Notes: generated by a model not told the origin, from the sequence alone. Positions 1 through 10,424 are shown, counted from the stretch's first letter. The stretch: DNA of 64,000 nt from an uncultured Candidatus Saccharibacteria bacterium (GCA_964617815.1 CAZTXY010000003.1:473-64472); one strand, 5' to 3'. A program made the numbers and translations.

Positions 1-362
1 GAGAATGGTTGTCGGGTATTTATACTCCCAGCCCCGAAGATCTGGGTGGAAAGCTCAAGGAGGTAAGTGGTAGTCGGGGACCAGTCATATGGATTTCGCA
101 GGCGCGATTGGTTATGGGGGTACAGTCCCTCGTGTTCGCGTACATCTTCCATTACGAGGATTCGCAGACAGTGGTACATACGCACTTCTGCTATATCCCA
201 GTTCATCTCATCCGCCGGCTTCATCATCAGTCGCTTCAGCAGTCTTCTGCAGGGGTGGCATCATGAACATTTTTTTCCGCGCGCGCTTTGGAACTCCAAA
301 GCGCGCTTTGCTATTATATAGAGTTTCGGCTATGTTATATATAGAGAGGACGATTTACTATC

Positions 363-1739
363 ATGAATATAGATAAAAGTATTTTTAAAGCATATGACAT
401 TCGGGGAGTTTATCCTGAGCAATTAGACGAAGTCGCCGCTTTTAATGTTGGCAGGGCTTTGGCCTCTTTGCTTCGCCGTGAAATGCCGGATCAGTTAATT
501 AAAATTGCTGTTGGCGGTGATATGCGCACCTCAACCCCTGCATTAAAAAAACAGTTGCTTGCAGGGTTGTCGGAAAGTGGAATTAACGTTGATGACGTTG
601 GTTTAGTATCCACACCAACTTTTTATTATGCTGTGGCAAAATATAATTACGACGGTGGGGTGCAAGTTTCAGCTTCCCATAACCCGGCCGAGTATAATGG
701 TTTTAAAATTGTGCGTCGTGGCGGGGTGGCTATGGGCGGGGAGACAGGAATAAAAGAATTGGCTCGTATTATTCTTGAGGAAGACTATGTGCCAAGAGCG
801 GGGAAAAAAGGTTTGATTAGCACTACAGTTAACATGACCGATGGCGCTAGCCAGGAATATTTGCAGGTTGCGGGGAATCCAAAAATTAAAAAATTTAAGA
901 TTGTAATTGACACTGCCAACGCGATGGGCGGGCTTGACTATGAAGCATTGTTCGCAAAACTGCCATGCGAAATTGTTAAAATGAATTTTGAACTTGACGG
1001 CACTTTTCCAAGCCATGAAGCAGACCCGTTGAAGCCTGAAAATACAGCTGATTTACAAGCAAAAGTCTTAGCCGAAAAGGCGGACCTTGGAATTGCTGCA
1101 GACGGCGACAATGACCGCGTCTTTATTATAGATGAAAAAGGCCAGCGCGTAGCTTCGCCAATTTTGTATACGTTGTTGGCAAAAACAGAATTGGAACAAC
1201 ATCCTGGTGGCACGTTGGCTTATGAAATTCGTTTAGGGATGATTGTTAAAGATGAATTTGAAAGTAAAAGGGTAAAGCTAATACCAACACCAGTGGGACA
1301 TTCGTTAGAAAAACAAATTATGCTTGACCATGATGCTATTTTTGGCGGTGAAATTAGTGGACATTATTTTTTTAAGTTTCCCTTTGGGACTTTTGAAGCG
1401 CCATCATTGCTCACAATTAAATTACTAGAATACTTAACTAAAAAGAAAAAGCCGCTTTCAGAAATTACTAAGCCGTATGAGCGTTATTTTTCTTCTGGGG
1501 AAATTAATACTAAGGTAGAGAGCCGAGAAGTTATCGAACAAAAAATTTCAGAGATAAAAAATAAATATAGCGATGGCAATCAAATCTTGCTAGACGGGGT
1601 TAAAGTTGAGTACCCAGATTATTGGTTTAGCCTGCGGGCTTCGAATACCGAGCCAGTAATGCGATTGATTGTGGAAGCGCGAAACCAAAAGTTGATGGAA
1701 CAAAAACGTGACGAGTTGATGACACTTTTGCAGTCTTAA
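363..1739 (+). CDS. Phosphomannomutase/phosphoglucomutase (alpha-D-phosphohexomutase family)
   Basis: IFKAYDIRG N-terminus, phosphoserine loop SASHNP, metal loop DGDNDR, sugar loop GEISGH, C-terminal RASNTEP. Confidence 0.93.
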   Translation: MNIDKSIFKAYDIRGVYPEQLDEVAAFNVGRALASLLRREMPDQLIKIAVGGDMRTSTPALKKQLLAGLSESGINVDDVGLVSTPTFYYAVAKYNYDGGVQVSASHNPAEYNGFKIVRRGGVAMGGETGIKELARIILEEDYVPRAGKKGLISTTVNMTDGASQEYLQVAGNPKIKKFKIVIDTANAMGGLDYEALFAKLPCEIVKMNFELDGTFPSHEADPLKPENTADLQAKVLAEKADLGIAADGDNDRVFIIDEKGQRVASPILYTLLAKTELEQHPGGTLAYEIRLGMIVKDEFESKRVKLIPTPVGHSLEKQIMLDHDAIFGGEISGHYFFKFPFGTFEAPSLLTIKLLEYLTKKKKPLSEITKPYERYFSSGEINTKVESREVIEQKISEIKNKYSDGNQILLDGVKVEYPDYWFSLRASNTEPVMRLIVEARNQKLMEQKRDELMTLLQS

Positions 1740-1865
1740 AAAATATTTCCATAAAATGGAAAACCGCTGACACCGCCGAGAAATTGAAAGAGTAGTAAGT
1801 AAAAATCAAACACCCTGCACTTTCGAAAGAAAATGTAGGGTGTTTTGGTTCTTGGGCGTCTCGAC

Positions 1866-2330
1866 TTACGCTGTGACGTTCTTGTTGTCCTCCTTGGTCC
1901 TGCAGGTTGTGCACTCGACGACGAGTTCTCGTGAGTTTTGTTTCATGCCTTGATGGTGGAACTGAATCCCACACTTATGGCAGAATCGGGAGTCTAGCCG
2001 AGGCATGTTTCCTTTGTCGCTGCAGTCATCGCAGCGTGTTCGCGCGCACACCATTTTGGTGTTGCAGACATTGTGGGTCGAGAGGTGGTCGTAGTTGTAA
2101 GACTTTCCGCACTGAGTGCAGAAGCGGTTCCGCGCGAATAATTCGCGCAGTTTTTGCTGGTGCTCTCTGCGTCTATTCGCCTTGTTTTCTGCCACCTTGA
2201 TCTTGTAGGGGGTGTCCAAGAGATCTCCGCGATCTGTGGTGCTCTCTGCTTTGCGGATCGGTTTAAGAGTTGCTGTTTCCCTGTCAGTGTCAGGATGAAA
2301 GCGTCCCCACGTTGGGTTGTTTTTGCTCAT
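1866..2330 (-). CDS. Hypothetical Cys-rich (multi-CxxC zinc-binding) protein
   Basis: CTQC, CDDC, CHKC, CTTC motifs; start moved to the ATG after AAGGAGG; TTGACA-17-GATAGT upstream. Confidence 0.65.
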   Translation of the reverse strand: MSKNNPTWGRFHPDTDRETATLKPIRKAESTTDRGDLLDTPYKIKVAENKANRRREHQQKLRELFARNRFCTQCGKSYNYDHLSTHNVCNTKMVCARTRCDDCSDKGNMPRLDSRFCHKCGIQFHHQGMKQNSRELVVECTTCRTKEDNKNVTA

Positions 2331-2497
2331 CTCGTCCTCCTTATGTGAAACTATCACACAAATTATATAAAATGTCAATATCCGCTACGTTGTAATAGTA
2401 AATTAATAATCGACCTAAATAGGTCGATTTTTTTTCGGATAGTATGCAATAAATTGAATATAAAAAAAGTGAAAAAGGGGAGCCGGATGGCGCCCCT

Positions 2498-2797
2498 TTA
2501 TTCTCTTCGTCTGAAAAAGATGCGGACAACCCAGCCGAACTTGTGGCTAGTTGCTAGTCCACCCAACTCCACGGGCTGGTACTTCCGGTATTCATATGAA
2601 GACCCAGCCTCAATTTGAATTGACCGACTGAGTGGAATTTGGACAGTGCTCTGTGCCCGAAAAATGTTGGGGCGCTCGATGGTGACGGCGTTGCTAAAAG
2701 TTGACTGCGTTTGCAGTCGCACTTTTTGTGGGGTTGGTTGTTGGGCTAGAGTGGCTGTTGGCCAGAGTATCAGGAGCATTAGCCCGATCTTTTTCAC
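2498..2797 (-). CDS. Small secreted hypothetical protein
   Basis: GTG start after CAGGAGG; signal peptide MKKIGLMLLILWPTATLA; TTGACC-17-TAAACT upstream. Confidence 0.6.
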   Translation of the reverse strand: MKKIGLMLLILWPTATLAQQPTPQKVRLQTQSTFSNAVTIERPNIFRAQSTVQIPLSRSIQIEAGSSYEYRKYQPVELGGLATSHKFGWVVRIFFRRRE

Positions 2798-2879
2798 AGT
2801 GTTCCTCCTGTTCTGAGTTTGAGACGTAGAGACAGTTTACGCTTTGTATCGGATTTGGTCAATGTCCATCAATCAGGGC

Positions 2880-2970
2880 ACTGTCATTCTGAGCCCTTCG
2901 ATGCCCACAGGGTAAACTCCGCGAAGGCTGCCTACCTGAAGAGATTCCTCGACAGGCTCGGAATGACAGT
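2880..2970. repeat. Palindromic miniature element (GTCATT...AATGAC family)
   Basis: Terminal inverted repeat ACTGTCATTC...GAATGACAGT, downstream of trpS. Confidence 0.75.
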
Positions 2971-3023
2971 GGGTAAAATATTGCAGAACGATAGTCACAA
3001 AAACAGTCAAACAAAAAATCGGT

Positions 3024-4004
3024 CTAAAGCAGACCGATTTTTTGTTTGACTTCGAGAAGAGTTTGGCTGGCAATGGCTTTGGCTTTTTTGGCTCCATCTG
3101 CCAGAATTTGGGCCAAGGCATCTTTGTCTTTGAGAAGCGCTTTTTTCTTTTCTCGGAATTCTGCGAAGTGTTCTGATATGTCAGTAGCTAGAGTTTCTTT
3201 GAGTTCGCTATATTTTATAGAATTGTCAGCAATTGCATCTTCAAAGTAATTGATCTGTTCCTTAGTTCCAAAATGTCTGAGCAAAAATAACAAATTTTCA
3301 ACTCCAGGTGACTTGGCCCCTTCTGTGGCGGTCACAGCTTTTTTTAGTTTGCGGGAAATTTCCTCAGGACTGTCATCTAACCAGATGGCGTTGTCTATAT
3401 CACCAGTTTTGCTCATTTTCTTTTCTGGATTTTTTAAGCTTTTAATTCGCAAAGGTTTTTGCACAAAAGTTTGTGGTTCAGAAAAAGTTTTGCCAAAGCG
3501 ATTATTAAATTTGCGCGCTACAATTCGGGCGAGTTCGACATGCTGAGCTTGGTCTTCTCCTACTGGAACCCCGTCTGGTTTATAAAGTAAGATATCTGCA
3601 GCCATGAGCGTAGGGTAGGTTAACAGACCAGCGTTTATATTTTCTTTGTGCTGTTTTGCTTTGTCTTTAAACTGCGTCATGCGTTCTAATTCACCAAGAG
3701 GGGTTATGCAGTTAAATATCCAAGCGAGTTCGCTATGTTCAGATAGATGATTTTGCAAAAAAATACTAGAATTTTTTAAATTTAGTCCTGCAGCTAAATA
3801 TTCAGCAACTACTTCTAAAGTGTCTTGTTTTAGTTGTTTTGGTTCGAATGGCGTGGTGATAGCATGAAGGTCCGCCACAAAAAAGAATCCTCGGTAGTCA
3901 GGATTATTGCTTAACTCGATGAATTGTTGTAACGCACCAAGATAATTACCAATATGTAATTTGCCGGTGGCTCGTATACCGGCTAAAAATGTTTTTTGCT
4001 TCAT
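3024..4004 (-). CDS. trpS: Tryptophanyl-tRNA synthetase
   Basis: HIGN and KMSKT class I motifs, GLLTYPTLMAADILLY, VPVGEDQ. Confidence 0.97.
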   Translation of the reverse strand: MKQKTFLAGIRATGKLHIGNYLGALQQFIELSNNPDYRGFFFVADLHAITTPFEPKQLKQDTLEVVAEYLAAGLNLKNSSIFLQNHLSEHSELAWIFNCITPLGELERMTQFKDKAKQHKENINAGLLTYPTLMAADILLYKPDGVPVGEDQAQHVELARIVARKFNNRFGKTFSEPQTFVQKPLRIKSLKNPEKKMSKTGDIDNAIWLDDSPEEISRKLKKAVTATEGAKSPGVENLLFLLRHFGTKEQINYFEDAIADNSIKYSELKETLATDISEHFAEFREKKKALLKDKDALAQILADGAKKAKAIASQTLLEVKQKIGLL

Positions 4005-4119
4005 AGTGTGTATAGTATAGCAAATTTTATCTGAATGAGTCTAAAAAAGAAGGAGGGCGGCCTTGGGGCCGCCCTTGAGGTGGGGATTGCCGTAGCCTTT
4101 TGAGCTAGGGGCTGACGGG

Positions 4120-4425
4120 TTATGAGCTTGCCGTCGGGTTCATCCCACGGTTGTCTACTACTCTGAAAGCCGGACACTCTTGGGCGGTGATCTCCAGACG
4201 GAAACGTCCTTGAGGTGCCCAGATGCTATCTCCAGCTTGGCTGGCGATGTCCATGCGTTCCTGATAGAACTCCTTTTGGGCGGCTTCGATCATGCGGAGT
4301 AAGTCTTGTTCGGAGTTGGCCTTGATGAGTCTGTGGATCAAGATCTGATCATGAGACTCTTCGGTGTCACTCTTTCCGAAAAGGTGAACTGTGATATGCA
4401 GTTCATGTGTGAACAGTTCGGTCAT
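4120..4425 (-). CDS. Hypothetical protein, third gene of a small SD-led operon
   Basis: ATG preceded by GGAGG; GC-richer codon usage. Confidence 0.55.
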   Translation of the reverse strand: MTELFTHELHITVHLFGKSDTEESHDQILIHRLIKANSEQDLLRMIEAAQKEFYQERMDIASQAGDSIWAPQGRFRLEITAQECPAFRVVDNRGMNPTASS

Positions 4426-4444
4426 CTGTGTCCTCCGTTGGTTG

Positions 4445-4633
4445 TTAGTCGAGAATCCAGACTTCAGCAACGAGCAAGCCGCCACTGATCATCAGTGTCC
4501 ACCACAGCGTATCTTTGTCGACATGGGTGAGCAGTTCGACAATGACAACTGCGGTAGCACAGACTACTGTGATTGCGATCACAGCATTTTTCCCGAACGA
4601 CTGTGGCTCTTGGCCGGTTACCTTATTTGCCAT
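4445..4633 (-). CDS. Small two-TM membrane protein
   Basis: AAGGAGG RBS; two hydrophobic segments. Confidence 0.55.
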   Translation of the reverse strand: MANKVTGQEPQSFGKNAVIAITVVCATAVVIVELLTHVDKDTLWWTLMISGGLLVAEVWILD

Positions 4634-4655
4634 CACTGGCCTCCTTGCTATTGAA

Positions 4656-4877
4656 CTACTCGGATGGAAGGTGTTTGATAGTGCATTCGAACACAACACC
4701 AAATCCTTCAAATTCCTCTGGGTAGAGGAGTCGCGGGTTAATGCTATCTACCATAGCGTAAATTCTTTGGCTGCGAAGCGAAACTCTCGCTTGAGTGATG
4801 CCAAAGACTTTCTCGTACTGTTCCAGGAACCGAAGTTTCAGTGCCTCGCAAGTTTTGCAAAAGGCTTCTTCGTTCAC
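4656..4877 (-). CDS. Hypothetical protein
   Basis: GTG start after GGAGG; first of three co-oriented small ORFs. Confidence 0.5.
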   Translation of the reverse strand: MNEEAFCKTCEALKLRFLEQYEKVFGITQARVSLRSQRIYAMVDSINPRLLYPEEFEGFGVVFECTIKHLPSE

Positions 4878-4921
4878 GGTGGTGTCCTCCATTTGGACCA
4901 GACTAGTTAATTAGTATAACA

Positions 4922-4951
4922 AAAACCCTCCCTAATACAAGGGAGGGTTTT
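4922..4951. terminator. Hairpin terminator downstream of rnj, overlapping a minus-strand promoter
   Basis: AAAACCCTCCCT-N6-AGGGAGGGTTTT. Confidence 0.7.
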
Positions 4952-5032
4952 GAAGTTTCAATAATTGTTTCTGAGAATTTCTTGAGACCAAATGTTTATG
5001 TGAGGATCTAGATTTCTGAAGACAATTATTTT

Positions 5033-5053
5033 CTAGTCACTAGTGGCTAGTTG
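5033..5053. repeat. Heptamer (CTAGT-core) tandem array at the rnj stop
   Basis: ctagtca ctagtgg ctagttg. Confidence 0.55.
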
Positions 5054-6859
5054 TTATATTTCAATTATAACTGGCAAGATCATTGGGCGTCGTTCGGTTT
5101 TTTTGAAGAGGTATTCACCAACTTCGTCGCGTACGACTTCACGGAGGTAAGCCCAGTTTGGTTCTTGGTTTTTCTTGTCGCCATTTTCAACAAGCTTGCG
5201 TACTTCGTGTTTAACTTCGCGCACAAGGTCGTCGTTATTTTTCATATAGATGAATCCGCGAGAAATAATGTCCGGTTGGTTTATAAGTTTACCAGTTTTA
5301 CGGTCGAGTGTGACAATAATCACAAACATTCCGTCTTCGGCCATGACTTTACGGTCACGAACAACAACTTCACCAACGTCTCCAACGCCAAGACCGTCGA
5401 CAAAGACTTGGCCGCCTGGAATTTTACTTTCAAGGCGCTTAGCTTGGCCATTGTTGTCAATTTCCAAGACGTCGTAGTTGTTCAAAACATGAATGCGCTC
5501 TTCAGGAATACCCATCAATTGACCAAGTTTACTGTGGGCGACAAGCATGTGATGTTCGCCGTGAATTGGAATAAAATATTTTGGTTTAGTCATGTTCAGC
5601 ATGAGCTTAAGCTCTTCTTGCTTGGCGTGACCAGAAGTGTGAATGTCCAAAATTTTGTTGTAGATAACGTCAGCACCAGCGCGGGTTAAGTTGTCTAAAA
5701 CCGCGACAATGGAATTTTCGTTACCGGGAATTTGAGAAGCAGACACAATGACAGTATCTCCTTTTTTAATGGAAACAGTTTTGTGTTCGCCACGGCTCAT
5801 GCGAGCAAGAGCAGAAAATTCTTCACCTTGAGCACCAGTTGTGAGAATCACAATTTGATTGTCTGGATATTTTTTGGCTTGTTCAGACTTTACGATTAAT
5901 TTTGGCTCGATTTTGAGGTACCCAAGTGACAAACCAATTTCAACTGTGGCCACCATTGAGCGTCCTGTGACAATAACTTTTCTGTTATATTTGGTTGCAA
6001 TGTCAAAGACTTGTTGCATACGGCCAATAAGGCTTGAGAAACTCGAAAAGATAATGCGGCCTTTGCTGTCTTGAAAAATGCGGTCAATGGACGATCCAAT
6101 TTCGCGTTCACTGGGACAGTAACCGCCAAACAGCGCGTTGGTAGAGTCGCTCATTAAAACTGTTACACCTTCTTCACCAAACTTGGCTAGCTTATTAAAT
6201 TCCATCAGTCGTTCGTTGACTGGAGTGTGGTCTATTTTCCAGTCACCAGTATGGATAACTTGACCAACTGGGGTGACAATAGACATTCCGACAGCGTCGG
6301 GGATGTTGTGGTTTACACCAAAGAATCGAATTTGAAAATTACCCAAGCGAATAACGTCGTCGATATTAACAACATTGAGTTGAACTCGGCTAACGAGATT
6401 AAACTCTTCAAGACGTTTTTTTATCATAGCCGCAGTTAGCGTTAAAGTGTAGATTGGTGGGTCACCAATGCGGGGAATGATGTAGGGGATAGCGCCAGTG
6501 TGGTCTAAGTGGCCATGGGTAATAAAGACTCCACGAATTCTACGCTTGTTGTCTTCGAGCCATTTTGTGTCTGGAATAATGTAGTCGATGCCGGGGGTAG
6601 TTTCATTTGGAAAAGCAAAGCCCATGTCGACAATAATAATATCGTCGCCATACTCAAACACTGTCATGTTCGAGCCAACTTCTTCAAGGCCACCAAACGG
6701 AATAATTCGAAGTGTGGTGCGTGAGACGGTATGACTTGAAGTTGAAACTGGTGTTGCTGTTTGTGGCAGATTATCGCCGGGTCTGGCAATCGGTCGTGGT
6801 CCTGTATTTCTTGGAGGACGACTGGAGCGAGAACTACTGGCATTAGGTTTTCTTATCAT
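5054..6859 (-). CDS. rnj: Ribonuclease J
   Basis: GGLEEVGSNM, THGHLDHTG, HTGDWK, HTSGHA, PIHGE, RRPMILPVI; low-complexity N-terminal extension. Confidence 0.96.
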   Translation of the reverse strand: MIRKPNASSSRSSRPPRNTGPRPIARPGDNLPQTATPVSTSSHTVSRTTLRIIPFGGLEEVGSNMTVFEYGDDIIIVDMGFAFPNETTPGIDYIIPDTKWLEDNKRRIRGVFITHGHLDHTGAIPYIIPRIGDPPIYTLTLTAAMIKKRLEEFNLVSRVQLNVVNIDDVIRLGNFQIRFFGVNHNIPDAVGMSIVTPVGQVIHTGDWKIDHTPVNERLMEFNKLAKFGEEGVTVLMSDSTNALFGGYCPSEREIGSSIDRIFQDSKGRIIFSSFSSLIGRMQQVFDIATKYNRKVIVTGRSMVATVEIGLSLGYLKIEPKLIVKSEQAKKYPDNQIVILTTGAQGEEFSALARMSRGEHKTVSIKKGDTVIVSASQIPGNENSIVAVLDNLTRAGADVIYNKILDIHTSGHAKQEELKLMLNMTKPKYFIPIHGEHHMLVAHSKLGQLMGIPEERIHVLNNYDVLEIDNNGQAKRLESKIPGGQVFVDGLGVGDVGEVVVRDRKVMAEDGMFVIIVTLDRKTGKLINQPDIISRGFIYMKNNDDLVREVKHEVRKLVENGDKKNQEPNWAYLREVVRDEVGEYLFKKTERRPMILPVIIEI

Positions 6860-7075
6860 AAAAATAACATCCTATCTGGAATGCGGTTTAGATTTTTGTT
6901 ATGCGCGCATAACAAAATAAATATCGAAGACCGAATTCTTAAATTTATCTATAGCTTATACTTTGTTAGTCGTAAGGAAGTGGCTTCCGCAGCCGCCTTA
7001 CTTAGACAATTAACAAATGAAAACTAACTGTGATTAACTTTCATCTGGTAATTGTGTAGTGCTATCCTTCGTTGT

Positions 7076-7118
7076 CACTGTCATCCTTCTCCGCCGGAGG
7101 CGGATCAGGATGACAGTG
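7076..7118. repeat. Palindromic miniature element (short copy) in the rnj leader
   Basis: CACTGTCATCCT...AGGATGACAGTG; internal TCCGCCGGAGGCGGA shared (reverse complement) with the 37813 copy. Confidence 0.75.
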
Positions 7119-7301
7119 TAGCGGGTTTAGTTTATTTGAGAATTTTAGATAAGAAGTAAAAAGTACGAAAGGAAAAAATGAAACAACAACAATGTAAACC
7201 TAAATATTATGATCGTTTTTTATTGCTTTAACCTTTTTTCGCTTTGCACTTTCTGCTTTTTGCTATCTTTTTATTTCGAGGCAAAATTTAAAGATAATCG
7301 T

Positions 7302-7330
7302 ATTATACAAGAACAGTGGGATTATGTCAA
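7302..7330 (-). promoter_or_regulatory. Consensus sigma70 promoter about 440 nt upstream of rnj
   Basis: TTGACA-17-TATAAT on the minus strand. Confidence 0.8.
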
Positions 7331-7475
7331 ACCCTTTTAGCTATATTTGGCTTATTTAAGGTACTAAATCCTAAGATTCCCTTAGGAAGGGAGTCTTTAA
7401 AGGGGAGTCTTGAGGTAAGATTAGGGCCCGATTCGCATTGTAGCGAACCGGGCCCTGAGTTGTGGCCATCAGGCT

Positions 7476-8117
7476 TTAGGCCTGATGAGCCATTCGGTCC
7501 AAGAACTCGCGACCCTTGCCGACGTCGATGTTGATAGGCACGCCACTTGCGCAGAGCGGGCAGTCCGCCTCATCCCAAGCTTCGAGGATGACGTCGAGCA
7601 GTGACGAAAGCCTGGGCACGTCTCCTAACTGCTCTGCAGTCACACCACCTCGGTTGCAGATAGCTCCGAGCCCGATGACCTTGCCACCAATTGCCCTTGT
7701 GGCTTTCACAACCTTGTGTGCCGTTCCGCCGGTGGTCAGAACGTCTTCGACCACGAGGACGTTCTTGTCGGCGACGAGCTTGTCGTAGCCACGCTTGATC
7801 ACGAAGTTGCCTTCGTAATTTTCGGCGTAGACCGCCAGCACTTCTTTCCCTGTGATCTCGCTGAGATGCATGGCCGTCCATTGCGACAGAATGACTCCGC
7901 CGATAGCTGGCCCGATGACCACCTCGACGTGATTGTAGAGGAACTCAGTTGCGATCTTCCGGCAGATCTTCGAAACTTCAAAGATGTGCGGATACACGGC
8001 GTCCTTGTTGACATAGGCATTGCCGTGCTTTCCGCTGGTGTAGACGACGTGGGTGTTTGTGATGACAGCCGAAACCTTTCCGAGGATTTCCAACACGAAC
8101 TCTTCGTTGCTTTTCAT
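7476..8117 (-). CDS. pyrE: Orotate phosphoribosyltransferase
   Basis: YTSGKH, PRPP motif VLVVEDVLTTGGT, immediately downstream of pyrF. Confidence 0.88.
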   Translation of the reverse strand: MKSNEEFVLEILGKVSAVITNTHVVYTSGKHGNAYVNKDAVYPHIFEVSKICRKIATEFLYNHVEVVIGPAIGGVILSQWTAMHLSEITGKEVLAVYAENYEGNFVIKRGYDKLVADKNVLVVEDVLTTGGTAHKVVKATRAIGGKVIGLGAICNRGGVTAEQLGDVPRLSSLLDVILEAWDEADCPLCASGVPINIDVGKGREFLDRMAHQA

Positions 8118-8129
8118 CCGATGATCTCC

Positions 8130-9044
8130 TTATCTGCAGAGGTTGATCTGGTCGCGAAGCTTCATGGTTTCGCGACGTGCCGCTCTAGCGTAGTCATCTT
8201 CCTTGGAAGCGAAGATGATCTTACTGGAGCTGTTGATAATCATGCCGTAGCCGTGGCTGTCAGCTGTGGCCATAACCGTTGCTTCAACATCTCCGCCTTG
8301 GGTACCAATACCCGGCAAGAGAAAGGCCATGTCGCCGACGATCTCACGAACTTCCTTGGCTTGGAGCGGGTAGGTCGCACCAACGACGAGAAGGCAGTTG
8401 CCGTTGGTGTTCCAGTCCCGAGCGACGTTGAACGCGACCCGCTGGTAGAGAGGCATCGAATCCTCACAAAGAAGATTCAGCCAGGTTTTGGCTTTCATGC
8501 CTTTGGGCTTTTCTCGCGGATCGAGCGTCAGCGTGTGCAGATCCTGAAATTCACCTGCGCCTTTGTTGGTTGTCCGGCAAAGCACGATGATGCCCTTGTC
8601 CTTTTGGTCCAAGAACGGTTGCATCGCCTCTTTGCCGAGGTAGGGGTGAACGGTGATGGCGTCAGCTCGGAGCCAGCCAAAACTGGCAGTGACGTAGCAG
8701 TTATTGGTATTGCCGATGTCGGCGCGCTTGGCGTCGAGGATCACCGGCACATGCGGTGCGAAGCGGTTAATGTCGGCAATGGTTCGCCATAGTGCGCTCA
8801 TGCCTTCGTTGCCACTCTCTTCGTAAAACGCCGAATTGAGCTTGTAGGCACAGACGATGTCCTGCGTCGCTTCCACGATTTCGCGGTTGAACGCGACCAT
8901 CGTGTTGGCGATGCCGACTGTACATTCGTGTCCCGGCCTGTAGGCAGACTCCGGAATCTTTCCGAATTCGCTGTCCAGACCCACGCAGACGAAGTTACCA
9001 ACGCTCCACCGCTCTTCGAGCAGTCGCTGGAAATTTCTTCTCAT
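8130..9044 (-). CDS. pyrF: Orotidine-5'-phosphate decarboxylase
   Basis: CVGLD, DAKRADIGNT, VVGATYP, PGIGTQGG, NSSSKII; start after GAAGGAGG. Confidence 0.93.
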   Translation of the reverse strand: MRRNFQRLLEERWSVGNFVCVGLDSEFGKIPESAYRPGHECTVGIANTMVAFNREIVEATQDIVCAYKLNSAFYEESGNEGMSALWRTIADINRFAPHVPVILDAKRADIGNTNNCYVTASFGWLRADAITVHPYLGKEAMQPFLDQKDKGIIVLCRTTNKGAGEFQDLHTLTLDPREKPKGMKAKTWLNLLCEDSMPLYQRVAFNVARDWNTNGNCLLVVGATYPLQAKEVREIVGDMAFLLPGIGTQGGDVEATVMATADSHGYGMIINSSSKIIFASKEDDYARAARRETMKLRDQINLCR

Positions 9045-9075
9045 GGTTTTGCCTCCTTCTAGGCTGTCAAACAAC

Positions 9076-9120
9076 TTTAAAACCCGCTACTTAGCGGGAT
9101 TGAGTCTGGTCGTAGTTTAG
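9076..9120 (-). promoter_or_regulatory. pyrF -10 box plus leader hairpin, homologous to the purM leader
   Basis: Aligns with 10425-10471; compensatory G-C/A-U change in the stem. Confidence 0.65.
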
Positions 9121-9170
9121 TAGAAATATAGAAAAAATGCAATAGTAAAATATTTGTAAAAAAAATTGGT

Positions 9171-9198
9171 GGGCCTGCTGTCTTGCGACAGCAGGCCC
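9171..9198 (-). terminator. Rho-independent terminator of purM
   Basis: 12-bp stem GGGCCTGCTGTC/GACAGCAGGCCC followed by a T-run on the minus strand. Confidence 0.8.
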
Positions 9199-9216
9199 AA
9201 GCCTAGTGACACTTGG

Positions 9217-10386
9217 TCACCGGATGTTAAGTGACTCTCCCTTAAACTCGAGATACTTCGGGAGGATGACCACTCTCTTGTCAACGCTCCTTTTGATGTA
9301 TCCAGCCTTGATTGCATCAAAGTTGTAGTCCTGGGCGATCATCATGGCCTTGCTTACATCTGCCTTCGATATGTAGATAGCAAAGCCTGCGCCCATGTTC
9401 AGATTGCCGAAGGCTTCCTCATCGCTGATTGGGCCATGCTTTTGAAGGAACGCGAAGATTGGTTGTTCTTTCGGAAGCTCCTCGATGATGTACCGAAAGT
9501 TACGGTTCGCGCGCATCAGCTTGCGCCACCCGTGGCCGGTGATGTTCACTGCGTAGTGAATATCAACGCCCCACTTCTGGCATTCCTCCATGAACTTCTG
9601 GTAGATGCAGGTTGGAGTCAGAAGCGTTTCGCCGTAGGTACGACCGTCTGAAAGTTCGGTGAGGTAGCCCTTGGGCAAAGCATGCAGGGGGAAGGACTGC
9701 GGCAGGATGAGGTTACTGAATTTACGCCAAAAGCCATCCTTTCTGTCGCCGATTGATCTTGCCAAGGTCAGGCCGTTGGCGTGAATGCCAGAACTCCCTA
9801 GGAGAATTATGACATCACCATGCTGGATTTTATTTTCCGTGATCAGCCGACTCTTTGGTTCAATGATCCCGGTAGCTGAGCCAGAGATGACTGATTTTCC
9901 GGGGATGATAATGTCTTTGAGAGTCGGCGTTTCGCCGCCACCCCAGACACACCCACTGAGCATGCAGGCTTTTTTCCATCCATTGATGAGATCTATACTT
10001 CGCTGTTGGTTGCCGAACCAGCTTGATTCGCCGACGGCCAAGTGCATCATTACAGACACTGGCATTGCACCGAGCGTGATGATGTCGTTGATGATCATCG
10101 CCATAGTGCATTGCGCGACTTGGTCGTAGTACGACTTGCCGGTCAAAGCGCTCATCTGGTCTGCGACGATGTTCTTGGTACCGAGGCCCTCTTCGACGTG
10201 AGCTAGGATTACCTGCGGCATTTCGACGAGATAGGCGCTTTCGCCACGGCTCATCGAGATTTCATAAAAGCCGAAGCGCTCGATGTTCGGAGCTGTTTCC
10301 AAGCCAGCGGCCAATGCTTGCCGTTTGAACGGATCCATGGCGCCGTAGTCAACGCCCGTGCTAGCGTATGTCATGTTCTCTGTCAT
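9217..10386 (-). CDS. purM: Phosphoribosylformylglycinamidine cyclo-ligase (AIR synthase)
   Basis: TYASTGVD, EGLGTK, GGETP, SSGIHANG, NITGHG, LNMGAG. Confidence 0.85.
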   Translation of the reverse strand: MTENMTYASTGVDYGAMDPFKRQALAAGLETAPNIERFGFYEISMSRGESAYLVEMPQVILAHVEEGLGTKNIVADQMSALTGKSYYDQVAQCTMAMIINDIITLGAMPVSVMMHLAVGESSWFGNQQRSIDLINGWKKACMLSGCVWGGGETPTLKDIIIPGKSVISGSATGIIEPKSRLITENKIQHGDVIILLGSSGIHANGLTLARSIGDRKDGFWRKFSNLILPQSFPLHALPKGYLTELSDGRTYGETLLTPTCIYQKFMEECQKWGVDIHYAVNITGHGWRKLMRANRNFRYIIEELPKEQPIFAFLQKHGPISDEEAFGNLNMGAGFAIYISKADVSKAMMIAQDYNFDAIKAGYIKRSVDKRVVILPKYLEFKGESLNIR

Positions 10387-10424
10387 TGTCTTTCCTCCTG
10401 CGGACAGATGGGTCAGTATCCAAT

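Noticed and set aside
1-321. Short overlapping ORFs at the window start
   Set aside because: Several competing frames, no motifs and truncated context; the coding frame cannot be assigned.
7716-8792. 358-aa plus-strand ORF opposite pyrE/pyrF
   Set aside because: Antisense shadow: the sense genes avoid TTA/CTA/TCA codons; no recognisable motifs.
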